The notes beneath the pieces were generated by a model that saw nothing but the letters and a program-made list of their open reading frames with translations, made no database searches and was not told the origin of the DNA. From a virus (Duplodnaviria > Caudoviricetes): a stretch of 64,000 nucleotides of DNA. The stretch lies in IMG/VR virus record IMGVR_UViG_3300021958_008605, positions 13,220 to 77,219 of that record, one strand, 5' to 3'. This document shows, in pieces, positions 10,206 to 19,444 of this stretch (positions are counted from its first letter, which is position 1; every line of letters starts with the position of its first letter). A program made the translations under genes and the position numbers.

Positions 10206-12107
10206 TTATGATTTATATGAACATCTCCAATATCTATTTTTTCTCTGATAGTGATATGCTCTATGATAAAATTCTAAAGGTTCTAATTCTTCCTTATCGT
10301 AGTGGTCTAAAGTTATTGTTTCTGAATCTAATAAACCTAAAGTATTTTGTAGTGTATCTTGTTTATATGTTTTTTGAATTGGATAAATATTAGTATAATC
10401 TCTACACATATCCAAATTAAATCTTACAACATCTGATAAATCTTCTTTAAATTTATGTTTACAAAATTCTGTTAGTTCTTCTTGTAACCTATCTCTATTT
10501 TGTGAAAATACAATTGATGTTGCTCCTTTGTATTCCCAAAAAATATCATCATCTCCCAATACTTGTCTACCCCAAAATTTTTGTCTTTCAAAAACTCCTC
10601 TTAGTGAATCTTCACTTTCTCTAATCTCTTGTCCAATTATACTATTTTCTTTATTTTCAAAATATGAATACATTTCTTCAATAATATCAATATGCTTTAC
10701 TCCATATTTGTTAAAGATATATTCTAAAAGATAGTGACCCCACCCATAATAATAAAATACTATTAGTAAGTGGGAAAACATATTTCCTTTAACAACAATA
10801 TCTCTTGTTGTAGTGTTCGTCCCAACCACCGCTAAAGTTCTCTCCACTATATAATCTTCTAATTCTTCTACACTTAAGTAAAATGTATCTAAAGGTACAT
10901 CAACCATCTCCAATCCATACTTTTTAATATACCAAGGCTGACCCATCGTTGCATTGTAAGTAATAACAAGTGGATGTACCATCAAGAAATCTTTTTGACC
11001 TAACTCAATCAATCTTTGAATACCATTTTTTAAAGTATCATAAGTTTCATTTGGCATCGGCCAAATTAATTCTGAATAAGTTGGTATATCAACTTCTTGA
11101 TATTTGTGTAAGTATGTAAGTGCTTCTTCTGTTTTAAGATTTAATCTTTTTGAAGCATCCAATGTATCTTGATTTAAAGATTGCATTGCAAAAGTAACAC
11201 CTTTAAATAATCTTGTACCTGCTTCTTTATCCATCATTGCTATCTGATAAATTCTATCAGAGTTTGCCTTTGCCCAAGTAACATCCCAAAACTTTGGAAA
11301 TCCCTTTTCTTGTTTTGTTTTAATTACATATTCTGTAATATCAACATCTCTTGGCATCAATCCCCAATTGGAATCACAAACTGCAACATACTCAATCTTT
11401 CTATCAGCCATCCAATCAATCTCTGCTTTGACTCTCTCCATGTCAAACATTTTGATTTTCTGCCAATAATCATCTCCAATATCACAAAATGTACATTTGT
11501 AAGGACAACCTCTAAGAGTTTCATAAGTTACCTGCCACATTTGAGGACCATGTTCCTTTTCTACTCTTTCTATAATCTCATCATAAAAACCTGTAAGAAT
11601 TGGTGATGGAATTATATTTAAATCTTGTACTCTTGTTGGTAAAGCACAAAGTTCTCCACCTTTTGGAAATACATGAGGAATATCATTGTAGTTTTCTCCT
11701 TTGAGATATCTTTTTAAAAGTTCTCTTGATGCATTTTCACCCTCACCCATTACCGCAATATCAAACATAGGATATTTTTCAAAGAACTCTTTATCTCTTT
11801 TATCAACATGAGGACCACCTGTAATTGTTAAACAATTTGGGTACTTTTCTTTTGTTCTTTTTGCTAATTCTTTATTGTACTCAAAATTCCAAACATAAGA
11901 AGATAACATCATCACATGGGGTTCGTGTTCCATATCTTCAACATATTGTTTTGGTGATTTCTTTTCAATCAAAACATCTGGTACTTGAAAATTTTCTTTT
12001 ACTAACTTACTTGTACTCGCATACATCCATTGGTAACTTATCGCTATGGGTAAGAAACTGTTTGGGCCATATTTATCGGCTACTTGTATGAGGTATAAGT
12101 TTTTCAT
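10206..12107 (-). CDS. Cobalamin-binding (class B) radical SAM protein
   Basis: N-terminal B12-domain motifs SYVWN, TGGPH, GEGE; CxxxCxxC as RGCPYKCTFC; DSNWG. Confidence 0.85.
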   Translation of the reverse strand: MKNLYLIQVADKYGPNSFLPIAISYQWMYASTSKLVKENFQVPDVLIEKKSPKQYVEDMEHEPHVMMLSSYVWNFEYNKELAKRTKEKYPNCLTITGGPHVDKRDKEFFEKYPMFDIAVMGEGENASRELLKRYLKGENYNDIPHVFPKGGELCALPTRVQDLNIIPSPILTGFYDEIIERVEKEHGPQMWQVTYETLRGCPYKCTFCDIGDDYWQKIKMFDMERVKAEIDWMADRKIEYVAVCDSNWGLMPRDVDITEYVIKTKQEKGFPKFWDVTWAKANSDRIYQIAMMDKEAGTRLFKGVTFAMQSLNQDTLDASKRLNLKTEEALTYLHKYQEVDIPTYSELIWPMPNETYDTLKNGIQRLIELGQKDFLMVHPLVITYNATMGQPWYIKKYGLEMVDVPLDTFYLSVEELEDYIVERTLAVVGTNTTTRDIVVKGNMFSHLLIVFYYYGWGHYLLEYIFNKYGVKHIDIIEEMYSYFENKENSIIGQEIRESEDSLRGVFERQKFWGRQVLGDDDIFWEYKGATSIVFSQNRDRLQEELTEFCKHKFKEDLSDVVRFNLDMCRDYTNIYPIQKTYKQDTLQNTLGLLDSETITLDHYDKEELEPLEFYHRAYHYQRKNRYWRCSYKS

Positions 12108-12802
12108 TCAATAGTAAATAGTTCGTTCTCTCTCAAATCCTTATAAGATTCCCAAGTATGAGTATCTTCGTGTTCTGTATTTAGTTGGTTAAAGAGGATT
12201 AAACCTCTTGCCGCATCTTCTGGTGTCATATACATATGATAACCAAAGATTTCAATGTTATCTTCTGTTTGTGGTTTGTTTAAATCTCTACCATCGTATC
12301 TTGCTTTTACTAACCAATCGTATGCTTCCTTATCATCAGTTAAAATCATACCACCTCTACCAATTGGTAATCTTTTTTTAATTTGAAAAGAAAGAGTTTG
12401 AAAATTATTACCACCAATATACATTCCTTTTGTAAATCTACCTGCAGAATCCCAAACATTTAAAGGTTTAATTTGATATAATCCTTCCCAATGTTCTTCA
12501 TCTAAACTTAATCTTTTATATCCAGCAGTTACTACAACATTTGGAACTGATATATAAGTGTGAGTTGGAATTGAAATTATTTCTTTGTATTGTTTAAGAT
12601 ATTTTAAACATAAGAATATTGCATTGGTATCACAATCAACTGCTACCGCATATTTTGAACCAGCATATTCTGCTATTTCTTTTTCAAACATTTCCACAAT
12701 TTCGTGTGGTTTATTCCAATTATAACCAAGTTCTCTAATTTGGTCTGGTTCTGGTCTTTGAAATTCTTTTGGTATTTTTCCGAGTGGCCATTTACTGTGC
12801 AT
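12104..12802 (-). CDS. DegT/DnrJ/EryC1/StrS PLP aminotransferase, short form
   Basis: FEKEIAEYAGSKYAVAV, WDSAG (PLP Asp), LSFQIKK (PLP Lys), GRGGMILTDD. Only 232 aa; the C-terminal small domain is absent. Confidence 0.8.
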   Translation of the reverse strand: MHSKWPLGKIPKEFQRPEPDQIRELGYNWNKPHEIVEMFEKEIAEYAGSKYAVAVDCDTNAIFLCLKYLKQYKEIISIPTHTYISVPNVVVTAGYKRLSLDEEHWEGLYQIKPLNVWDSAGRFTKGMYIGGNNFQTLSFQIKKRLPIGRGGMILTDDKEAYDWLVKARYDGRDLNKPQTEDNIEIFGYHMYMTPEDAARGLILFNQLNTEHEDTHTWESYKDLRENELFTIE

Positions 12803-13959
12803 TATACTAAATTATGTTTTTCTGGTATCTTTATAACTGTATTGTTTTTGTAATTATCAACAATATGTTCAACTGACCAATCAATTGGCATTACAGGTTT
12901 ACCACCTGAAGAATTGTTGTAGTATTGAGCAAACTCACTCCAAGTAGAATCTCTATTTGGTATTAACATAGGACAATATGAAAGTGCGAATAAATCAATA
13001 ATATTATTAATAGCATTTCCATTTCTTCTAAATTCTTCTAAGTTAAAACCACAAGATTGTAAATAAGCATTTACAGGTAATGTAAAAAATCTTCTATCTA
13101 TAATTCTATCACCAAATCGTTGAATGTATGCTTCTAAAAATACATCAGGTAAATCATGTGATATGTAAAATTTTTGATTTGGATTTATTTTTAAAATTTT
13201 TTCTATTATTTCAAAGTATTTATCATCACTCCAAAAAGTATAATTTTCTTTAACAAGTTTGTTTTTAGAAATTTCTTTATATACTTTTTCCATTTTTTTA
13301 TCTCTGAAAGTTTTTAAATCATCATTAGTTGCAGTAACACCATTAAACCTTCTCATGTGAATACCAATAGTATCATGAGTACCTTCTGAAATTAAATCTT
13401 TTATGTATGTATGTCTTAATTCAATTTTAGTCAAAGGTCTTTGAAATATATTATCATTATATTCACAAAACAATCCTTCGTTATCATGTAACATAGAATT
13501 AAGGGTTGTATATCCAAAATCTGAGTAGTAGTGGTTTTCTACTAATGCTTGATTATCTGATTTAACAACTTCTTTCAAAGCACCCATATCTAACCTATCA
13601 GCAAAATAAACAGATTGACTATCAGGGTCTATTACAGTTTTAAATCTAAGTTTTTCATATTTTGTATTATAAACTGCATCTTCTAAATTTCCCAAACGGT
13701 GGTCTGTAAATGTATTTGGTAAATGAATTAACTTTAATTCTGGCCACTCATTGGCTTCTAACCATATTTTAAAAACATTGTTATTTTTTGTGTTCAAATA
13801 TTCAGCGATTTCCCAATGCATGATTCTATTACAAAATCCAGTATCAGGATTTGCTATATTAACTGTAAAATGGTCGTGTTTAATATTTAATTTATTCCAA
13901 CCCCCAAATGGCTCATACCATCTTAAGGTTTTTTTTGTAGTAAAACTATCTAAATACAT
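12802..13959 (-). CDS. Putative fucosyltransferase-clan glycosyltransferase (GT11/GT23/GT68-like)
   Basis: GFCNRI, IGIHMRRFNG (cf. VGVHVRRGD), FYISHD, DLFALSYC...STWSEFA (cf. D..LLS.C...STFS). Confidence 0.6.
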   Translation of the reverse strand: MYLDSFTTKKTLRWYEPFGGWNKLNIKHDHFTVNIANPDTGFCNRIMHWEIAEYLNTKNNNVFKIWLEANEWPELKLIHLPNTFTDHRLGNLEDAVYNTKYEKLRFKTVIDPDSQSVYFADRLDMGALKEVVKSDNQALVENHYYSDFGYTTLNSMLHDNEGLFCEYNDNIFQRPLTKIELRHTYIKDLISEGTHDTIGIHMRRFNGVTATNDDLKTFRDKKMEKVYKEISKNKLVKENYTFWSDDKYFEIIEKILKINPNQKFYISHDLPDVFLEAYIQRFGDRIIDRRFFTLPVNAYLQSCGFNLEEFRRNGNAINNIIDLFALSYCPMLIPNRDSTWSEFAQYYNNSSGGKPVMPIDWSVEHIVDNYKNNTVIKIPEKHNLV

Positions 13960-13966
13960 TTATTTT

Positions 13967-15424
13967 TTAATTTGGGTTATATTCACCATCTTCGAAGTGT
14001 GTAATTTCACCTGATTTCATTTCAACATCAGGTATTGTTTGGTCAACCTCTATCTGATTGTACCACACTGCAAGTTCTGGAAAGGTTTTGCAAAAATCCT
14101 TACCCCTTCGTTTATCGTATTGTTCGTAAAATGATTTAAAATCGTGAAAGTGAGTATCATTTTCTCCTTCAGTAGTAACATGACCTGTTTGTACAACTTC
14201 AATGTAATCTACCAATCTTTCTATCTGTGCGATTTCTCCCTCACTAAACAATTGGTAAAAATCTTCATCTTGTTTTCTTGTTTCAAACCAAGTTTTTAAT
14301 TTTTTGTGTAAGAATTCTTTAACATCATTTGGTAATGCTAATGGAGACATAAATGCTGGCCATCTTAAAATATTGAAATCTACATTAGGTCTATTCGGTC
14401 CATATTTTCTTTTTAAAACAATCATATCATCTAAAAACTCATCGATTGAAAATAAACATAGTGAGTTGATTGTCATCATTACTGTTAAAGAACGGAATAT
14501 ATCTTTATTTACTCCTTCGATGAAAGCAACCATATGACTTCTCCACTCATCATAAATTAAACCATCTCTAATGTAATCGGCATGAGGCCCATAAGCTTCA
14601 TTAGATGTATATAAATCAAATTCTTTAATTGGTAATTCATAAGAAGCATCAATTAATCTTTGAATTCTTTTAAAGTTACCACCTAAGTTTGAATTTACTG
14701 CCAATCTAAGTTTATCAGATGGATATCCTTTCATTTTATCTAAGAAACTCCAAAAGTTTGGAGATGCACAAGGTTCACCACCTGTAATTCTTATTTCTTC
14801 TAATCCACCTTCAATCAAATCAGGCCACCATTTAAGGAAAGCCTCTACATAAGGATTTTGTTCGTTATATTTACCATTTGCATCTGCCCAAGAACCATTG
14901 TTTTGATATGCACCAGCTGAAACTGATTTAAATTTTTGATAAGGTCCGAACTTATCTATATCTTTACCCCAAGTAGTGGAGTATCCAGCATTACAATAAG
15001 AACAAGCAAAATTACAAGTTCTATCAAACGAGGCTTCAATGGTTTTTGGAATGATATCAACATCAGCTCCTAATTCTTTAATCTTAGCAATATCCTCTTC
15101 TTTATAAATTTTAGATTTATAAACTCTATCACCAATATTATCTCTACCAATATCTTCAATCTTCCAACAATAAGAACATTCTGCTGGTCTTTTACCCTCT
15201 AACATCATCTTTCTCTGTCTTTTTGAGAAATCTGTATTGTGAAGTTCTTGAGGTCTCTCTTTTAACTTCTCAGGGTCAATTGGGTGAGGTAATGGTAAAT
15301 GACATGAGTTTTTAAAACCATGCCCTAAGTGTAACGATACATTGTACCATTTTGCTGCACAAAAACTTGGTGATATACTATTGAGATTTTTATCTCTCCA
15401 TTTTCTAAGATTATCTGTTGACAT
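13967..15424 (-). CDS. Radical SAM protein with N-terminal SPASM/twitch-like Cys domain, paralog 1
   Basis: FCAAKW...SCH...ECSYCW precedes CNFACSYC; ITGGEP. Confidence 0.85.
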   Translation of the reverse strand: MSTDNLRKWRDKNLNSISPSFCAAKWYNVSLHLGHGFKNSCHLPLPHPIDPEKLKERPQELHNTDFSKRQRKMMLEGKRPAECSYCWKIEDIGRDNIGDRVYKSKIYKEEDIAKIKELGADVDIIPKTIEASFDRTCNFACSYCNAGYSTTWGKDIDKFGPYQKFKSVSAGAYQNNGSWADANGKYNEQNPYVEAFLKWWPDLIEGGLEEIRITGGEPCASPNFWSFLDKMKGYPSDKLRLAVNSNLGGNFKRIQRLIDASYELPIKEFDLYTSNEAYGPHADYIRDGLIYDEWRSHMVAFIEGVNKDIFRSLTVMMTINSLCLFSIDEFLDDMIVLKRKYGPNRPNVDFNILRWPAFMSPLALPNDVKEFLHKKLKTWFETRKQDEDFYQLFSEGEIAQIERLVDYIEVVQTGHVTTEGENDTHFHDFKSFYEQYDKRRGKDFCKTFPELAVWYNQIEVDQTIPDVEMKSGEITHFEDGEYNPN

Positions 15425-15430
15425 ATACTT

Positions 15431-16177
15431 TTATTTTATAAACTCCTTTGGTATTCTTTCAACGAAAAAGTTGTTTTTAGAATTATCAAAAATTATACCT
15501 TGATTATTAATTGTATCGAAACTATACTTAAATATAATATTTTCATATTCTTCTAATTTATTTAGATTTGAATCTTTTGTTTTTCCAATTTTCTGTACAA
15601 CTTCAATATCTACACATTCTTCTACAAAATACATTGTATCAATATCTACTGAACCATGGTATCTATGCTCTGGTACTTCAGTACCTGGATTACCTGTTCC
15701 TATTAATAATCCTTCTCCTCTATAATCATCAATCAAATTTTTATCAAAATCAATTTCACCTATTTTATTAAAATTATGATAAATGAAAAACTCATCACCA
15801 TCTCTTGTTATTGTTATATCAGTATATTCTTGTAATTGTTCATACTTTACTCCATAGAATGGTAAGTAATGAAATTCATCACCAGCAACTTTAGTAGTTC
15901 CCTCTGTCCAAAATTCTAAAGCGAGTGTATCGGCTTCTTCATTGTAAGTTAAACCAAAGTTTTTACCTGGTTTACCAAAGATACAAAAAATTTTATCATT
16001 TTCCAAATTTTTATCCAATTTAAATCTCACATTTAATGAATACTTTTCTTGATGAAAAAGATTTGCTATTTTTTCTGATTCTTTTTTATTAAAATTTGTT
16101 ACATATTGGTCATCTTTATGGTCTGATAAATCCCACTCATATTTTACCCAATATGGTTCTTTATATTTTACTATCAT
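15431..16177 (-). CDS. Stand-alone concanavalin A/LamG-like domain protein
   Basis: YSLNVRFK...IFGKPGKNFGLTYN...ITITRDGDEFFIYHN...LLIGTG...YHGSVD. Similar to the inserts in the neighbouring GT7 proteins. Confidence 0.5.
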   Translation of the reverse strand: MIVKYKEPYWVKYEWDLSDHKDDQYVTNFNKKESEKIANLFHQEKYSLNVRFKLDKNLENDKIFCIFGKPGKNFGLTYNEEADTLALEFWTEGTTKVAGDEFHYLPFYGVKYEQLQEYTDITITRDGDEFFIYHNFNKIGEIDFDKNLIDDYRGEGLLIGTGNPGTEVPEHRYHGSVDIDTMYFVEECVDIEVVQKIGKTKDSNLNKLEEYENIIFKYSFDTINNQGIIFDNSKNNFFVERIPKEFIK

Positions 16178-17592
16178 TTTATATCATTTATAAATTTTCT
16201 TAGTTCAGGATAAGTTTCATAACAATCTGCATTTCTTCTTTTCTTGTAATCAGCTATATAGTGTTTAAACTTCTTTTTACCAATACCAAAATTAACATCA
16301 GATTTTGAATCTTCAATAAATATATCTTTTATCCTTGAAATTTTTTCTATTTCTTTTAGTGAAAATCCACTATCGGTTGGTTCTTGTAACTGATATGAAT
16401 TTAAGCTTCTATATGATGAAAAGAATTTCATATATTTTTCTAATTTTTCAAAGTATGATAAATCCAAATATCCTTTTAGTAATCTAAAACTTAAAAAATC
16501 AGGATATCTTAAATAAGATGTATCTAAAATTAGAGGTGAGTTCCAATATCTATTTGTATTGAAATGTTTTACTTTATAATCATAAATTTTTCTTACTAAC
16601 TTTTCATAATTGAATGGTGAAAAAATATTAAAAGTAGACATTACAACAATTGTAATTTGTGGTATCTCTGTTAAAATTCTATCGATATTATTAAAGAGTT
16701 GATTATAATCTAAACCATATCTAATAAATTCTGCCTGTTTACCATCAGTGTCAACTGAAGTGTATAAGATAAATTCTTTTACTCGTTCTTCGGTTATGAT
16801 AACTTTAGCCTTTTCAATAAATTTATCAATCAATTTATCTTCAACACATAAATTACTATTGATAGAAAGTTTTAATTCTTTATTTGGTTTATCTGTTTTT
16901 ATTATTTTATCTAACACTTTAAATGTATCTTTAGATAATAAAGGCTCTCCACCTGTTACTCTAAATGTATCCATACTTTTATAAAGCTCTGGCCACCATT
17001 CCCAAAATGCCTCTACATAAGGATTATGTTCTCTTTGTGGGATTGGTAACATATCATCCTTTTTAAGTTGTTCTAATGAATTAAATCCATCACCAGTAGA
17101 AAACTCACCATGTTTTTTCATTTCTTGTACCCATTGTGATGAATATGATGGGCCACAATATCCACATTTAAAATTACAAGTATTTGAGAAAGATACTTCC
17201 ACATATTTTGGTAAGTAATCTTCTCTCCAATCTAAATCTTTAATTTCTTTAAAGTGAGGTTTAGACCATTGTTCTTCTGATTTAAAAACTCTATCTGAAA
17301 ATGAATCCGAATTATCCTCGACCTTCCAACAATATCCACATTCACTTGGTCTACCACCATTCAACATTTCCTTTCTAGCCTTTTTCTTTTGAGTACTATT
17401 ATGAAGTGCAGTTGGGTTTCTTTTCAATTCTCGTAACCCAACCTTATGTGGTGCAGGGTGATGACAAGAGTGAGTAGTACCATCGTGTAGGTGCATAGTT
17501 ACTTGAGTCCATTTTGCTAAACAAAACCCACACCCAACAGAATCTAACTTCTGTTTCATTTCGGTAAAGTTATTACCTATTACTTTACTCAT
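16174..17592 (-). CDS. Radical SAM protein with N-terminal SPASM/twitch-like Cys domain, paralog 2
   Basis: FCLAKW...SCHH...ECGYCW precedes CNFKCGYC; VTGGEP; collinear with 13967..15424. Confidence 0.85.
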   Translation of the reverse strand: MSKVIGNNFTEMKQKLDSVGCGFCLAKWTQVTMHLHDGTTHSCHHPAPHKVGLRELKRNPTALHNSTQKKKARKEMLNGGRPSECGYCWKVEDNSDSFSDRVFKSEEQWSKPHFKEIKDLDWREDYLPKYVEVSFSNTCNFKCGYCGPSYSSQWVQEMKKHGEFSTGDGFNSLEQLKKDDMLPIPQREHNPYVEAFWEWWPELYKSMDTFRVTGGEPLLSKDTFKVLDKIIKTDKPNKELKLSINSNLCVEDKLIDKFIEKAKVIITEERVKEFILYTSVDTDGKQAEFIRYGLDYNQLFNNIDRILTEIPQITIVVMSTFNIFSPFNYEKLVRKIYDYKVKHFNTNRYWNSPLILDTSYLRYPDFLSFRLLKGYLDLSYFEKLEKYMKFFSSYRSLNSYQLQEPTDSGFSLKEIEKISRIKDIFIEDSKSDVNFGIGKKKFKHYIADYKKRRNADCYETYPELRKFINDIK

Positions 17593-19037
17593 AATTTTAT
17601 ATTAATATATTTTGCTTTTGGTGTGATTTCTTCTATACTCACTAACTCATATTTTAAGTTACTCATACCATCAGATTTATAATCCCATTTACCTTGTTGC
17701 ATTTGGTGTACAAATCTTTTTTCGTTTCTTGCCGTTGTTTCACCTTTTGCCCAAACTTGTTTACCATCTTGATTTGTTACTAACCCCTCATCTTTGTGTG
17801 GTAAACAAAACATTTTACCTGGTACTCTATGAGGTACTGTTGTATGAGGGATTTCTATTTTTTCTGTATTAATTTTACAGTTATGAGAAATCCCATCATT
17901 ATCGTATTCACTCCTATCCTCTACCGAACCACCCTCGAAATCGTAATGAAGAACCAACCCGTCGTTTGTAGGATTTATTGATAGTTCTTCTACTTCATCT
18001 GATGTTAATGCACGATTCCACATCTTAACATCTGCTATATCTCCTTTGAACCACTTTGAAGGGTCATCATCTGCAACAGATGTTGTGGTTCCTAAGTAAT
18101 AATCTACATTACCATATCTTTTCAACATTCCTTCAAAGTGTTGTGGTGATGCAGTACCGGTTCCCCACCTTGCATCGGATTCTTTTCCATTCATATATAA
18201 ATGAATATCATTACCATCTACAACCATCGTTACCCAACTCCATCTATCTTCATAGTTCTTCATCCATTGATAAAGATGTTCTCTTTGGTTGTTCCAAAGT
18301 TGTGCTGTATAAGCTCTTGAGTTGTTGTAAGAAAATCCATAATCATATCCTGGTCTACGAAGAATAGGATATTCACAAAATCTTCTATCCATATCTCCTA
18401 CCAACCAAATAGGAACTTTTTCTTCTTGTTGATGTGCTCGTACCAATACTGAAATTGTATGTGAACGAGAAGTTAGATTTCTTAGTTTTCGTGTACATGG
18501 AATTTGTACATAAGAATCTTTACCATTAAATGTTAAAAAGGATGTTGGATTAAAACTAAAATCTAACATATCAGTTTTTGTGTAACCTTCTAATACACAT
18601 CTCCAAAATAGGTCATCATCTTCCATACCCCAATCCCAATAATCATTTGAATAACCATTGGTTCTTTCAACTTGTTCTTTGGTGAATAAAACTGCTCCAC
18701 CAAAATATTCTTCATATTTTAATTCGTAGTTCATTTGTGATATCTGAGTAGCGATATGTCTTGGATTATCTTTAGGGTAAGAATAATCACAACCACCACC
18801 TTCTTCAGGTATCATATCGATATCGTGATATACTACATAATCACAACCATCTTCAAATGCGTGTTTTGCTGCTATGTTTTTTGTTGCTCCTCTGTTGAAT
18901 AATTTATCATCTACTTGATGGCCGAAATAAATACAATAATCAATACCTTGTCCATCAAGGTATTTACCAATCTTTGGTATAAACTCTTTTAGATGAGCTT
19001 CTCTATTTCTATATGGAACACAAACTCCTAATTTCAT
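17589..19037 (-). CDS. GT7 (beta-1,4-galactosyltransferase-like) with inserted LamG domain, copy 1
   Basis: VPYRNR, FNRG, HDID (DxD), FGG, NGYSNDYWDWGMEDDDL; about 230-aa LamG insert (WSWVTMVVDG..LYMNG...FKGDIADVKMWNRALT..E); then CLPH and DGMSNLKY. Confidence 0.85.
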   Translation of the reverse strand: MKLGVCVPYRNREAHLKEFIPKIGKYLDGQGIDYCIYFGHQVDDKLFNRGATKNIAAKHAFEDGCDYVVYHDIDMIPEEGGGCDYSYPKDNPRHIATQISQMNYELKYEEYFGGAVLFTKEQVERTNGYSNDYWDWGMEDDDLFWRCVLEGYTKTDMLDFSFNPTSFLTFNGKDSYVQIPCTRKLRNLTSRSHTISVLVRAHQQEEKVPIWLVGDMDRRFCEYPILRRPGYDYGFSYNNSRAYTAQLWNNQREHLYQWMKNYEDRWSWVTMVVDGNDIHLYMNGKESDARWGTGTASPQHFEGMLKRYGNVDYYLGTTTSVADDDPSKWFKGDIADVKMWNRALTSDEVEELSINPTNDGLVLHYDFEGGSVEDRSEYDNDGISHNCKINTEKIEIPHTTVPHRVPGKMFCLPHKDEGLVTNQDGKQVWAKGETTARNEKRFVHQMQQGKWDYKSDGMSNLKYELVSIEEITPKAKYINIKL

Positions 19038-19444
19038 AGTGTATCTGCAATTAGTTTTTTAAACTTGGTTGTTGACCAACCATGGTCTCTATTTAAATAG
19101 TGAATTGGTATATCTAATTCGAAACCTGTATATGTTTTACCTCTATAATCATCTCCTAAAAATCTGATATCTGGTTCTATTCCTTTCAACAACTCTACCA
19201 ACTCTTTTTCATAAGTATAATAAGCAATGGAATCTATCCATTTTATTGAAGTTAGAACTTCTGTTCTTTCTTCTTTTGATAAAATGGGTTTTAATTTTTC
19301 TGGTCTTTCTATTGATGGGTCTACATGAAGAAGTATTACAAATTGTTGACAATATGATTTACACTCCTTAAACATTTTTATGTAACCAGGATGAATAACA
19401 TCAAAATTTCCTGCAATTACTCCTGTTTTGTACATTGGCATCAT
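19034..19444 (-). CDS. Cytidylyltransferase (TagD/RfaE-like; glycerol-3-phosphate or sugar nucleotidyltransferase)
   Basis: GNFDVIHPGY (HxGH-like), ER..VL, GDDY, RDHGWSTT. Confidence 0.8.
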   Translation of the reverse strand: MMPMYKTGVIAGNFDVIHPGYIKMFKECKSYCQQFVILLHVDPSIERPEKLKPILSKEERTEVLTSIKWIDSIAYYTYEKELVELLKGIEPDIRFLGDDYRGKTYTGFELDIPIHYLNRDHGWSTTKFKKLIADTL

